Notes under the pieces: model-generated
Seen by the model: the letters and a program-made list of their open reading frames with translations, nothing else
Database searches by the model: none
What the model was told of the DNA's origin: nothing
Translations under genes and position numbers: made by a program
Part shown: one piece after another, positions 1 to 9,901 of the stretch
Layout of the letters: every line of letters begins with the position of its first letter
How positions within the stretch are numbered: position 1 is the first letter of the stretch
Origin: a virus
Length of the DNA: 64,000 bases
Virus record (IMG/VR): IMGVR_UViG_3300025280_000023
Location: 1 to 64,000 of that record
Strand: one strand, 5' to 3'

Positions 1-479
1 TTAATATCTAGCTTAAACGTACCCCGGCGTATCTCATCCTTTGTGGTAAGCCTAGCAAAGTTCATAAAGAAGGCTTCATTAATCTTCGTTCCAGTGGCCA
101 AATTACCATCTAGATCAAATCTTCTTAGATTGCCATCGGCATCGTATCCCATAAGTTGCGCAGCCATTTCATTATACATTCGAATCTTGTCAGAGCGATT
201 ATATTGAAATGTTGTCCCCGTTGTCCAAGATGAGGACGCATGCCCCGCCGTAATATCGAAAATATGGTTCGCCGACGAACTTGCATGCGGGTAATCGAAC
301 ACGGATTGGAATAGTCCGTGGCTATAGTTCTTGATGTTTGTCTCAACCAGGTCTTTTACACCACTGCCTTCTTCATATGTGGCAGACACAACCGTCCCTG
401 TAACCGGGATTAGTTCGTATAAGTTTGTTTTAGTTGTTATTTTATCTTGCGCCCCAAGAGGCTTAACAAATGAACCCAT
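1..479 (-). CDS. Virion structural protein, partial (runs off the window start; absent from the ORF track)
   Basis: ATG at 479 is 12 nt downstream of the previous stop, with GGTAAAG upstream. The frame stays open to position 1: MGSFVKPLGAQDKITTKTNLYELIPVTGTVVSATY...NIKNYSHGLFQSVFDYPHASSSANHIFDITAG...FMNFARLTTKDEIRRGTFKLDI. It is co-oriented with the structural module. Confidence 0.75.
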   Translation of the reverse strand, partial: MGSFVKPLGAQDKITTKTNLYELIPVTGTVVSATYEEGSGVKDLVETNIKNYSHGLFQSVFDYPHASSSANHIFDITAGHASSSWTTGTTFQYNRSDKIRMYNEMAAQLMGYDADGNLRRFDLDGNLATGTKINEAFFMNFARLTTKDEIRRGTFKLDI

Positions 480-491
480 TCTTTACCTATC

Positions 492-1379
492 CTATTGCTT
501 TCTTATAAATCTTATCGGTATCGTAAGTTGATAACCTGTCTTTCTACCAACAATCTTAATATTAGTATCTAATGTAAGATACGTAGTCGTACTGATTACT
601 TGTGTGCTTCCTAGCTGTGTAAAATAAAAATTAGAATTTCCACTAATGTTAAGAGTGGGAAATACAGAGAACCTAAGTCTAGTTCCCGGTGGCCCCTTAA
701 TGACGGGAGACTTCTCCGACGGGGACAGATTGCTGATCAGATCCGAACCGACAGATATTTTTCCAATTCCATCGGAATTAATAGTCGCAGGCGACGCTCC
801 GCCGGTTTGGCCAACTAATGAACGAACAAATTTAGTATCTACAAATACATTGTAAGAAGTCTCGCTCAGTGAAGCTTGCAGATTATTGGGATCTCCCATA
901 TCCGTTTCGATGCCTTGGTGGATTTCAATTAGAGAGTTGGTCGCAGCCTGCGTTGTATGCCCTAAAATAACCCCGGGGTTCTTATCCGCCCCGTCGGATA
1001 CAAGCTGATTAGAGGTCTCCTCATTGACAGCAACAACAAAATATCCATTATTATTAAAATCACCACCTTGAGTAGAAAGAGACTTCGCAAGCCTAACAAC
1101 AGGCAAATATACAAACTCAGTGTTTAATAGAGTCATTAACCTATATTTAAGTGCCGTCTTTGAATCAGTGATTGCTTCCAAAATAGGGGTTTTTCTAATG
1201 TCAATGTCTTCCGTACCAGGATTGTTATCCGTATTATATAAGGAATAATCGATCTCGTCATCCCCTAAAGAAAAATGTGTAATATTAAAACTTCCATCAC
1301 CCTTTGCCAATGCTCTTCGTCCCACATCGGTCAAAACGGCGTCGAGGATGATATCCCCGCTGTTATCCAAGAAACCCAT
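492..1379 (-). CDS. Putative baseplate/tail-fibre attachment protein (DUF3751-like N-terminus)
   Basis: 295 aa with RBS AGGAG. The N-terminus DAVLTDVGRRALAKGDGSFNITHFSLGDDEIDY resembles the 'LT..G...LA......IT....GD' signature of P2 gpH/DUF3751 tail-collar domains. Confidence 0.6.
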   Translation of the reverse strand: MGFLDNSGDIILDAVLTDVGRRALAKGDGSFNITHFSLGDDEIDYSLYNTDNNPGTEDIDIRKTPILEAITDSKTALKYRLMTLLNTEFVYLPVVRLAKSLSTQGGDFNNNGYFVVAVNEETSNQLVSDGADKNPGVILGHTTQAATNSLIEIHQGIETDMGDPNNLQASLSETSYNVFVDTKFVRSLVGQTGGASPATINSDGIGKISVGSDLISNLSPSEKSPVIKGPPGTRLRFSVFPTLNISGNSNFYFTQLGSTQVISTTTYLTLDTNIKIVGRKTGYQLTIPIRFIRKQ

Positions 1380-1400
1380 TAATTATCTCCTGTAGGCTGT

Positions 1401-1428
1401 TATAAATAGTTGTTTAAGTATAAATAGT
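1401..1428 (-). promoter_or_regulatory. Two copies of a candidate late-promoter motif, ACTATTTATA
   Basis: TATAAATAGT occurs at 1401-1410 and 1419-1428 on the + strand, reading ACTATTTATA on the coding strand, upstream of the RBS of the gene starting at 1379. Confidence 0.55.
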
Positions 1429-1437
1429 CGCTTCATT

Positions 1438-4278
1438 TTAATCTCGCCCGGTCCCAACAATCACTAGCTGTTTCCCCTTAGATGTCAGTTCCTTCGGTAC
1501 AGATGGTTTCAGTTGAATATCCGTATTGATTGAGTCCTTTGTTCTTATCTCTATCCTTGGGAAAGAAATATTTAAGTCAAACTTTTTACCTGAGTTTTTT
1601 GAACTTACTCTTATCTTAAATTTCTTACCAAATAGTTCGGGGTTAAACTTTGGAATGTGTTCTCCCGCATTGGCAGCCAACTCTTTAATTTTCTCAACTA
1701 CTCCTAGAAGATCCTTTTTCTGTTGTTGCTGCTCTTCAAACGTATCAAGTGCCTCAAGAACCTGTAGCGATGGTCCTTCACCCCCTATCAGCCCTCCTCC
1801 GGTGATAGTGAGCGCTCCCTGGTCGTACCATGCAGGGACTTCTTCTTCAGCAGAAATAGCATCTATTAGTAGTGAATCATTAATTGTTTGCGCTATAGCA
1901 GGGCCTGCTCCCCCCGGCTCGCTCTGAAGCCACTCGACAAATTTAAGAAGAAGAAGATATATTTCACTTGGAGAACCTGAGCCGGGGCCGTTCAATATCG
2001 GTGCCGGCCACTGCTCCCCTGCGGCAAATGCTGCAAGCGCCTGCTCCAGTTTCATATGAATTTGTGTTTCTTGCTGCGTTTTCATCCACTGAGCAAAAAA
2101 GTCCGATATATTATCAGTTCCACCGCCCACCGGAGCCCCTTGAGAGCCTCCAAGAGAAGCAAACACAGAGAGGTCCCCAAAAAAAGTAGTGGGGTCAGCC
2201 ACATTAAAGTGCCCTATCGCCGGAACTATTTGTGCAAGTTGTCGGGCCGTCTTATACTTGTTCATGGGAGGAATATAGTATTTGTCGATCGGTAAATGCA
2301 CAGGGAGCCCCGTATGGGAGCGGCGAGCAATCATTTGCATTGAGCGATGCCATGCTTCACTAATCTTTAGTATTGTTAGTGGCTTAACCAATAAATACAC
2401 CAAGCCATAATCATCAACTAGCTCGACTTCATATACGATAGTCGGATTTGAAACATTTCCATGGAAATCAACAGAACGAAATGTGTAATAATATTTTGTA
2501 TTGGGCAAGAGTGTGTCGTCTTCAAATATTAGACTTTCTTGATATTTGGCTACCCCAATTTTTTTACCACTAAAATCAGAATACTTTTCGGGCACGGGAG
2601 TTATGCCAGTAGGATCGGGACCTATTCTAAATATTTCGAATCCATAGGTCTCATGGAGTCTATTGGTCACCACCATCCTGGCAGCGCGTTCCGGATCGTT
2701 CTCCGTGATTTCGGGATCTATCGTCTCATGGTTTGTTTTAAACAGTAGAAGGCCATTATTGTAGTTTCCTTCCACTCTTGCTCTTTCTCCCAGCCTTCCA
2801 AATATTTCAGAGTCTTCGGGTTCAATCGATATCGGAGGTGCAAAATATTCCCCTATTATTTCTTCAAATAATATTAGTATCTTCCCGTTGTTTCCCTTTA
2901 CCGGAGAGATTTCTACTTTCGGAGTTATCGGAGGATCGTCAAGAACATAAATTTCTGACGTATAAATGGGAACTCGTAAGATTTTGTTTGACGGTTCAGT
3001 AACCACCTCAAACTCAAATTTGACAATTCCATCATCCTCTTCCGGTTCAATCTCATGGCACTCAAGCGCATTTAGGAACTGGTAGTACAAGTCTTTAAGA
3101 ACCAAGACTACCTCTTGCTGGAAAGCCTGATTCGGGTTCATGGCACTGTCGAGAAGAGTGCGGATCTTAACAGCGATCTGATCGTGCATATACGAATAAT
3201 CCGCGCCTATGGGATTTCCAAATGGCTCATAATCAAAATTTTCGATACCTTTCATGTGCCTCTGCACTGAGGAGTTGATCCTGCCTATCAGGTTTTGCTG
3301 GGCGTTTTCCGGGTTTATATTCTCAATATAGTGCTCACCCCATGTCGCTGAGCTAAACGGAGCGGCCATCATCTCATGTATAGATCGAAAAGATCCCACT
3401 TGAGCATCAAGCATCTGCACAATCTTTCCCAAATTCTGTTTTCCAGAAATAAGTTGATTATAGGAGTAATTACCCTCCGAGATAAACTCTTTTATCCATG
3501 CGGCTCTAGATTGAGATTTTTCTTCCGGGAAGGGTGGTGGATCTAGCGGCAACAGACAAAAGGCCGCCGCAGCGGATAGGAAGCCATCATTAATATTTGT
3601 TGCCAGCCCTTCGATTGGACCTTCCGATGCCCAACCTTCTACGAAATCAGGCCATAAACCAATATTACCCGGATTGTCAATCGTTCTCCACCACACAGAC
3701 TGTGAAGTGGTCGAAGGGTTCTCTACTAAACCCACCAAATAGCGCATAAACCCATTCATCTCGGTCGCAAAGTTTTTAAATTTTCCAGAGCTTAGTTTTA
3801 TATTCTGTTCGAAAAAGAAAAATCCATTATTGGCCACGTCTTGAAGCTTAGAAAAAGATGTTTTTAATTCTCCAAATAGGGAATTAAGCGCCGGAATTGA
3901 GGCTCCAACGCCCTTAATGGTTCCGGCCTCAATATTTCTATATTTATACCTAGTCCCATGGATTAGTTGCCAGGCGAAAATCTTATACCTATAAAACTTT
4001 CCATACTTTACCTGAGAATCATAGAACTCTGTATACTGTCTAAATGGCCCCACGGGCAAAAAGATTTTCTGAAGCAGTTTATTGTTCTGATCGTATTTTT
4101 GAAGCTCATAAAATAGAGTCTCGTTAAGGGCCAAATCCCCCTTTAAAATCCTCTTAAAGGTTCTAGTGGGAACGCCTTCAAAATCAGAACCGCCCCCTGG
4201 GGCTTTTCCATAATATTGCTCTATTTCTTCAGCTATTATCGCTGCGATGTTTTCATTTGCGTCTTTAATATCGGGCAT
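1438..4278 (-). CDS. Large virion-module protein with fibronectin type III-like segments
   Basis: 946 aa. FN3-like strands FYDSQVKYGKFYRYKIFAW and FEDDTLLPNTKYYYTFRSVDFHGNVSNPT. Lies in the structural block. Confidence 0.55.
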   Translation of the reverse strand: MPDIKDANENIAAIIAEEIEQYYGKAPGGGSDFEGVPTRTFKRILKGDLALNETLFYELQKYDQNNKLLQKIFLPVGPFRQYTEFYDSQVKYGKFYRYKIFAWQLIHGTRYKYRNIEAGTIKGVGASIPALNSLFGELKTSFSKLQDVANNGFFFFEQNIKLSSGKFKNFATEMNGFMRYLVGLVENPSTTSQSVWWRTIDNPGNIGLWPDFVEGWASEGPIEGLATNINDGFLSAAAAFCLLPLDPPPFPEEKSQSRAAWIKEFISEGNYSYNQLISGKQNLGKIVQMLDAQVGSFRSIHEMMAAPFSSATWGEHYIENINPENAQQNLIGRINSSVQRHMKGIENFDYEPFGNPIGADYSYMHDQIAVKIRTLLDSAMNPNQAFQQEVVLVLKDLYYQFLNALECHEIEPEEDDGIVKFEFEVVTEPSNKILRVPIYTSEIYVLDDPPITPKVEISPVKGNNGKILILFEEIIGEYFAPPISIEPEDSEIFGRLGERARVEGNYNNGLLLFKTNHETIDPEITENDPERAARMVVTNRLHETYGFEIFRIGPDPTGITPVPEKYSDFSGKKIGVAKYQESLIFEDDTLLPNTKYYYTFRSVDFHGNVSNPTIVYEVELVDDYGLVYLLVKPLTILKISEAWHRSMQMIARRSHTGLPVHLPIDKYYIPPMNKYKTARQLAQIVPAIGHFNVADPTTFFGDLSVFASLGGSQGAPVGGGTDNISDFFAQWMKTQQETQIHMKLEQALAAFAAGEQWPAPILNGPGSGSPSEIYLLLLKFVEWLQSEPGGAGPAIAQTINDSLLIDAISAEEEVPAWYDQGALTITGGGLIGGEGPSLQVLEALDTFEEQQQQKKDLLGVVEKIKELAANAGEHIPKFNPELFGKKFKIRVSSKNSGKKFDLNISFPRIEIRTKDSINTDIQLKPSVPKELTSKGKQLVIVGTGRD

Positions 4279-4290
4279 CGTATCTTCTCA

Positions 4291-4300
4291 ACTAAATATA
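4291..4300 (-). promoter_or_regulatory. Degenerate candidate late-promoter motif (TATATTTAGT)
   Basis: AT-rich motif in the 25-nt gap upstream of the start at 4278; a variant of the TATTTA core. Confidence 0.3.
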
Positions 4301-4303
4301 AAA

Positions 4304-6109
4304 TTAGAATATATTCGGAACCCCCCCAAGTAATGGGTTGTCCGTTGCGCTTTCCAAGAGACTAAAAATTGTGTCTTCGTTGAACCAATCCGTAAATACC
4401 GGAGAAACGAAGCTTCCTTCGCGTATTACGTCGTACAAAACATTGGAACTCTCCAGGATTCGCGGCCCATGATGAATATAATAATGAGGTACCCCCGATT
4501 CAGATCCCTGGATCTTATTGAAAATATGGACAGCCTGCTCTATATTTTCCCAAAAATCAACCACCTCTCCATTAAACTCCAAGTCTTCAAGTATAGCGGA
4601 GTACTCCGCCCTATCCGACAATTTCTGTACAAGAGCGGTTATCAGGCTTGTCTGAATATCTCCCCATAGGTATTCCCAACCATTCTGATCCAAAATATCC
4701 CATTGGAATGCAAGACCTCCTTCACCAACTATTTTATTAAATAAAGATGGCCACAAATGTTCTTTTGCATCTACTCTTCTGGGGATTCTGAACATCGTAT
4801 AATACGGTATCGTACTTAATTTGGTATTAAAAAGTGCACTCTCATCAAACATCTTCATATTTGCCGAGGTCCAGTATTGTGCCATCGCCGTCTTATCCGC
4901 AAAATCCAGCGTAACTTTAGTATAGTTTTCAGCGTATTGCTTATAATACTCCTTCATCGTTGCCTTCGATATACTATCCGCCGCTTGTATAAACCCATCT
5001 AGTGTAATAAATCTATCAAAGTTCGTCTCAGAATCCTTATACGTAGTCTGGTTTAAAAATGGATTGCCATCGTCATCAAAAATAATCTCTTCTAGGTCCT
5101 CCGAGACAACATTGTCCGTTGCAACAAGAGACATTAAATATATATTCGGCAACACCTGTTCCGGGATTTCCGGCTTGGTTGCAATCAAGAACTCATAATC
5201 ATCTAAGAAATAATTGTACCTATCGATTTCATCTATAGGAAACAAATTCGTTATTTCTGGAGCGAATTCAACGTCGTTGTCATCGGGAACTGACGTTGAC
5301 GGATCAACCTCTCCTATTTCAAACAATATGTCATATGAGCTTCTATCTAAAGGCCTATCAATAAGAAAATTATAATCATCAAATTCTTCATTTGGTCTAA
5401 AATTAACCAAGTCCTTGATTAGTTGCTCTACCGTCGGCTGTATGACGATCGGAAAGCCCTTCTCATCAAAAACTGTTACCTCTTCTCCTACAACCGGGGT
5501 TTTAAAAAAATCGTACATGTCCGTATAAAAGTTATTTTCTTTTTCATTTATGGGCGTAAATGGCCGATAGTCAAACTTATTCATATCCGGATGGGCAGCT
5601 AAATAGGTGACTCTTTCAACTCTCTTAGGCACATCTGGATCGAAATCAGGATCTAGCTCTGTTAGAGGGGCCGCAGGACCCACTTCAATATGCGGAAACC
5701 GATTCCGTATATCCTCACTTTCAAATTCCTCAATAAACTCTTGCGGTAGGCCAGGCTCTGACATATCTTCCGAAGCCCTTATAACATTTAGAACAGAAGG
5801 CAATTCTGCGTTGTTTTTTCTGTTGGAGTAAGTCTCATGCCCCAGTAGCTCATAATTTGTTCCATGAATGGCAGATAAGTATGCCATTGATTGCGCTTCA
5901 TCCGCGTTAATAAAATCTTCCCCTAGCTTTGCCGCACTATCGGGTATCTCATACGTTCCATGATAATTTACATTATCCGAACTCCATATTCGGCCAGTAT
6001 ACTTCCTAAACATATCCGCCCCTATAGCCTCTAGAGCAGTCGCCAATCTTCTGTTCTTATAGTGAGAGGAGAACACAAACTGTAGGTTGTTTTCTTTTAA
6101 ATGCGGCAT
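4304..6109 (-). CDS. Hypothetical acidic protein of the virion module
   Basis: 601-aa ORF, D/E-rich, coupled to the upstream gene by a TAATG overlap at 6109. Confidence 0.7.
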   Translation of the reverse strand: MPHLKENNLQFVFSSHYKNRRLATALEAIGADMFRKYTGRIWSSDNVNYHGTYEIPDSAAKLGEDFINADEAQSMAYLSAIHGTNYELLGHETYSNRKNNAELPSVLNVIRASEDMSEPGLPQEFIEEFESEDIRNRFPHIEVGPAAPLTELDPDFDPDVPKRVERVTYLAAHPDMNKFDYRPFTPINEKENNFYTDMYDFFKTPVVGEEVTVFDEKGFPIVIQPTVEQLIKDLVNFRPNEEFDDYNFLIDRPLDRSSYDILFEIGEVDPSTSVPDDNDVEFAPEITNLFPIDEIDRYNYFLDDYEFLIATKPEIPEQVLPNIYLMSLVATDNVVSEDLEEIIFDDDGNPFLNQTTYKDSETNFDRFITLDGFIQAADSISKATMKEYYKQYAENYTKVTLDFADKTAMAQYWTSANMKMFDESALFNTKLSTIPYYTMFRIPRRVDAKEHLWPSLFNKIVGEGGLAFQWDILDQNGWEYLWGDIQTSLITALVQKLSDRAEYSAILEDLEFNGEVVDFWENIEQAVHIFNKIQGSESGVPHYYIHHGPRILESSNVLYDVIREGSFVSPVFTDWFNEDTIFSLLESATDNPLLGGVPNIF

Positions 6110-8718
6110 TAGTATAATTCCTCGGCTATGCCTGAAAGGGCTCCTTCTTCAACAACTGCGTCAGCCGGTAGTTCTGCCACCACTGCTTCCGCCCCTCTCG
6201 GGGTGGGAGTTAAAACAGTGTCCAAGGTTGTCACAGACTCTTCCGTACCTTTATATACATAGAAATACTCACTATAAATAGGCAAGTCGGTGTTTTTAAC
6301 AGGAGGCAAAGAGACCAAACGACACAGCATCCCCTTTCTGCTTCTTAGTGTTGTTAACGCCTCCCGAGTTAAAACGGTCCAGGTGTTACCTCCATCTGTA
6401 ATTCTATCCAAATACTCAACCCTTACCAGGTTTCTACGTCTAAAAACTACAGACGCAAAATTTGTAAAATTTAATATACCATTTAAATTTGTAAGATGAG
6501 GAGGGCTAGCTGTCATGCCTCTTGTTATTTCTCCAAAGTCTACTCTTGATAAATTATTTCTTGAGAAAATCATTGCAATATTTAAATCATTAAATAATTC
6601 AAAATCACGATCTCTTTCTATCTTCTTTCTTTTTTGCTTCTCCGACGTAAAGTCTTTAAAAAACTGCCTTGGGTTCATTTTTCCATATAAGTCTTGGGCC
6701 GTGGTTTTATTTTGATCTTGCCTTGATAGATTTCCAGGGCTTTGATCAAGCAGATGCTGGTTTGTTCGATCAACAAGCATGCATCCCTGATTCGACATCA
6801 CTACCTGGATCTCTTCCTGAAGAGAATTTCCCTCTTCAAAGCTTTCATTAACATTATAGTTTATAATCTTTGCCAACGCTAAATTTTCATTCTCGGGGGT
6901 GTCATTAAACCCCTGAATAACCTCTCCATCCAAGGCTGTACTAAGGACTGACAGATACCCCTCATTATCACTCCCAGCCAACCTATTCGTCTCATTCGAA
7001 AACCTCTCTAGAAGAATATTAGAATCAATCACTGGTTCGGCGTTCCCAGCAACAAAGTTAAAGCCCGAGTTAAACCTATAAGGCACATACTGTTCTTCAT
7101 AAAGATGCTCAATTACTATCTCATTTAAATTGTTGTTATCAACATAATTACGTTCATTTTTCTCATTTATAACAGATCGATCCTTTTTTAATTTAAACGT
7201 CCCCAGGTACTTAGAAATGTTTACTAAGATATTAGCCATTTTCTGCAAGTCGTCAATGCCTAAAATAGTATAAGAATTCATTACATTAATAAAATTCAAG
7301 CGCGAATCTCTAATCGGCAAAATTTTTATTATAACGCCCTTAATAAAATTGATTATCTGGTTTAATGATAATTCACTCTCCAGGTCTTTGATCATCTCGT
7401 TTCCTATTATTTGAAGTTTATCTCTGTACGCCCCCGATTCTTGTATGTGTTCCAAAACCTGATTCAACAAGAGAACATACTTGTCTGCCTCTTCAACTTT
7501 TTTATTTAGGTACTCTTCAAATCTATTTGGTATCGTTAGCTTTATTTTATATCTCCATTTCTCTTCGGGGCCTATTCCATCATAGCTAACTCTTGAATCA
7601 ATAAAATAAAAAGATTTTGTATGGTGTGGATTGTTATCTAAGTCAATATGAACAAGCTTATTTCCATTGCCCGACAGATCAGACAAGCCCTCTTCGTTGC
7701 CATTGAAAATACTTTCAGATACTAAAATCCCTCCTCCCGTTTGAGGGACTCTTTCAACCCCAATTCTAATCCGCATACTGTCCGAAAACAACAAATACTC
7801 TCTTAGCAAACTCTCATTTTCCACCAGAGAGTCATAATTTGTATGCTTCCTAAGTAAGTTTTTAATATTAATTGAAAATATTCCTCCGATACTATTAAAA
7901 TCGGGCATTTTTGATATTTTTAGAGGACTAATCGTTTGTATACTACCGTACAGATCTTCAGCCATTATCGCCGTATCAGAGTCTCCCGGTATAGACGACA
8001 GCGGTCCAGTCTTAAATGGCGTCCCAGACGCTCTTAAAAGGTCCATTAGCAGGTTGTTGTTGACAACCTTCGAGGCCGGCTGATGACCGTCAATCGCAGC
8101 ATAATAATCTTTGCTAAATCGCTGCCTGCCTATGCTACTGTATACAAACGTGCACAAGGCTAAGCTTTCTACCTTGTCCGCCGGGACCGGAAGCCTCACA
8201 TTCGCCTGGGCCGGGACTTTAAACGTAAACCTGTCAGAAGCGTCGCTCTTTATTTTATACTTAACGAAGTCATTTTTATTAAGAAAGAAAAGGCTCTCCA
8301 GAGAGTGATCTTCTATCGAAATATAGTCTTTTACATTGTATCTTGTTAGTTTCCTTTGCCCAGTCCCATGGTGACTTGCGCCCTCCATGAAGCCAACATA
8401 GCCATCTTCCGGAGAGGGGCTATTAAAAGTGTGTTCGTGAAATGGAAGCCCCGGCCTGTAAAATTCACCTGTTTCCGTTACAAATAGCAAATATTCTAAG
8501 TCATCCAATGTCCGCATGTCAGTTATCTTCGTTACGAAGTTTTGTACTTGTTTATTATTGTACGCCAATACGACCTTCATTCTCAAGTTTTTCACATAGC
8601 TTTTATCGAAAATCCAGGGAAGCTTTCTTTTTTTCGGTTGTGAAAAGAACGAAAAAATACAAGACACCGTATGGTCATCTAATATAATTTTTTCAACAAT
8701 TGATCTAGGGAAACTCAT
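6109..8718 (-). CDS. Hypothetical virion-module protein with a small His-rich motif
   Basis: 869-aa ORF starting 1 nt after the upstream stop. Contains FHEH...YVGFMEGASHH. Confidence 0.7.
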   Translation of the reverse strand: MSFPRSIVEKIILDDHTVSCIFSFFSQPKKRKLPWIFDKSYVKNLRMKVVLAYNNKQVQNFVTKITDMRTLDDLEYLLFVTETGEFYRPGLPFHEHTFNSPSPEDGYVGFMEGASHHGTGQRKLTRYNVKDYISIEDHSLESLFFLNKNDFVKYKIKSDASDRFTFKVPAQANVRLPVPADKVESLALCTFVYSSIGRQRFSKDYYAAIDGHQPASKVVNNNLLMDLLRASGTPFKTGPLSSIPGDSDTAIMAEDLYGSIQTISPLKISKMPDFNSIGGIFSINIKNLLRKHTNYDSLVENESLLREYLLFSDSMRIRIGVERVPQTGGGILVSESIFNGNEEGLSDLSGNGNKLVHIDLDNNPHHTKSFYFIDSRVSYDGIGPEEKWRYKIKLTIPNRFEEYLNKKVEEADKYVLLLNQVLEHIQESGAYRDKLQIIGNEMIKDLESELSLNQIINFIKGVIIKILPIRDSRLNFINVMNSYTILGIDDLQKMANILVNISKYLGTFKLKKDRSVINEKNERNYVDNNNLNEIVIEHLYEEQYVPYRFNSGFNFVAGNAEPVIDSNILLERFSNETNRLAGSDNEGYLSVLSTALDGEVIQGFNDTPENENLALAKIINYNVNESFEEGNSLQEEIQVVMSNQGCMLVDRTNQHLLDQSPGNLSRQDQNKTTAQDLYGKMNPRQFFKDFTSEKQKRKKIERDRDFELFNDLNIAMIFSRNNLSRVDFGEITRGMTASPPHLTNLNGILNFTNFASVVFRRRNLVRVEYLDRITDGGNTWTVLTREALTTLRSRKGMLCRLVSLPPVKNTDLPIYSEYFYVYKGTEESVTTLDTVLTPTPRGAEAVVAELPADAVVEEGALSGIAEELY

Positions 8719-8719
8719 C

Positions 8720-9901
8720 TCAACATTCCTTCTCTGGTTCTATGTTATCCGGGCTATATACCTGCGTCGGTTTTAGCTTCACAAAACTAGTGTCTATTTG
8801 ATCATCTACAAAAATATTAAACCAATATTCAACGTAATTAGCACCCAGGTTAAAGGAAGTTTCCCCAAGTACACTCGGATCCGCAAAGAATAATTGCTTA
8901 TATTCGGGGCATGAATGGCCTTCGTAAGCAAGCGAATCAATAAACGCATCTTGCTCTGACGCTGACGCAGCCGGATTTTTAAGCACATATCCTGCTTTAA
9001 GATCCGTAATCTCATCATCCGTCAGATCTTTTTTAATGCAGCCAGATTCATCCACCATGTAGACCTCTATATCCAAGTTCTCTTTTTCAAAGACTCCATT
9101 AGTTTCCAATGCAGAGAAAACAAGATCATCGATCCTTTCGAATTCAAAAGTGTCTATGTTTAAAAATGATTTTACCTCTATATCTATCTGTGGTATTTGC
9201 TCGTTAATCCCAATCTGGAACGACTCCGCCTGGTTTGGGAAATACGTAACCGCCCCGCTAATTTCATTAGTCAGTAATTTTACATCCCACGCAGGCGCAA
9301 AATCAGAATGAAGCGAAGAGTTCCCAAGCCTCGTGGAGCCCTGTAGTCCAAGAAGCCCAAGAGCGGAAAGCGACAACGTTCTGGTTTCGAAATCTCTAAC
9401 AACAACGCGTTCAAATCTTTGCGTTACGGAGGCCGGCATTCTAAACGCATCTTCTTCGTCGCATTGTATCGGGACTCCCTTAATAGGGTCAAAGCATATC
9501 TCTTCTTGTTCGCCTGTTTCTGGTTCTGATCCCGGTGGACCCTCTCCTCCAAGTTCAGGCTCTCCTCCAAAAAAGGGCTTTAATTTCCATACCTCCTCTT
9601 GGTAATCCAAGCCTCCATAGTCCCCAACATCATACGTTGATTGATTTAGCGGTGTTTTATGAAAAACTTTCAGCCTGGGTGTCTCAAAAATTCTTTCCGT
9701 CGCTTCGCTCTGTTCTTCTAGCTGGAGGCCTCTCTGGGAATTGGAGCTAGTGGCGGACGCATACCTAACATCATAAATTATGTCATCATCGTAAAAAGCA
9801 TAATAAGCCGGGTCTAGTTTGCCGTCTCGCAATAACCTTTCGCCGTGCTTTGTTAACTTTATGTCCAGTACTTCTTCTTTCCTATTAAAAAATTCCGCCA
9901 T
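8720..9901 (-). CDS. Putative baseplate/tail protein; N-terminus similar to the 492-1379 product
   Basis: 393 aa. N-terminus FFNRKEEVLDIKLTKHGERLLRDGKLDPAYYAFYDDDIIYD. TAATG overlap with the giant upstream gene. Confidence 0.6.
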   Translation of the reverse strand: MAEFFNRKEEVLDIKLTKHGERLLRDGKLDPAYYAFYDDDIIYDVRYASATSSNSQRGLQLEEQSEATERIFETPRLKVFHKTPLNQSTYDVGDYGGLDYQEEVWKLKPFFGGEPELGGEGPPGSEPETGEQEEICFDPIKGVPIQCDEEDAFRMPASVTQRFERVVVRDFETRTLSLSALGLLGLQGSTRLGNSSLHSDFAPAWDVKLLTNEISGAVTYFPNQAESFQIGINEQIPQIDIEVKSFLNIDTFEFERIDDLVFSALETNGVFEKENLDIEVYMVDESGCIKKDLTDDEITDLKAGYVLKNPAASASEQDAFIDSLAYEGHSCPEYKQLFFADPSVLGETSFNLGANYVEYWFNIFVDDQIDTSFVKLKPTQVYSPDNIEPEKEC

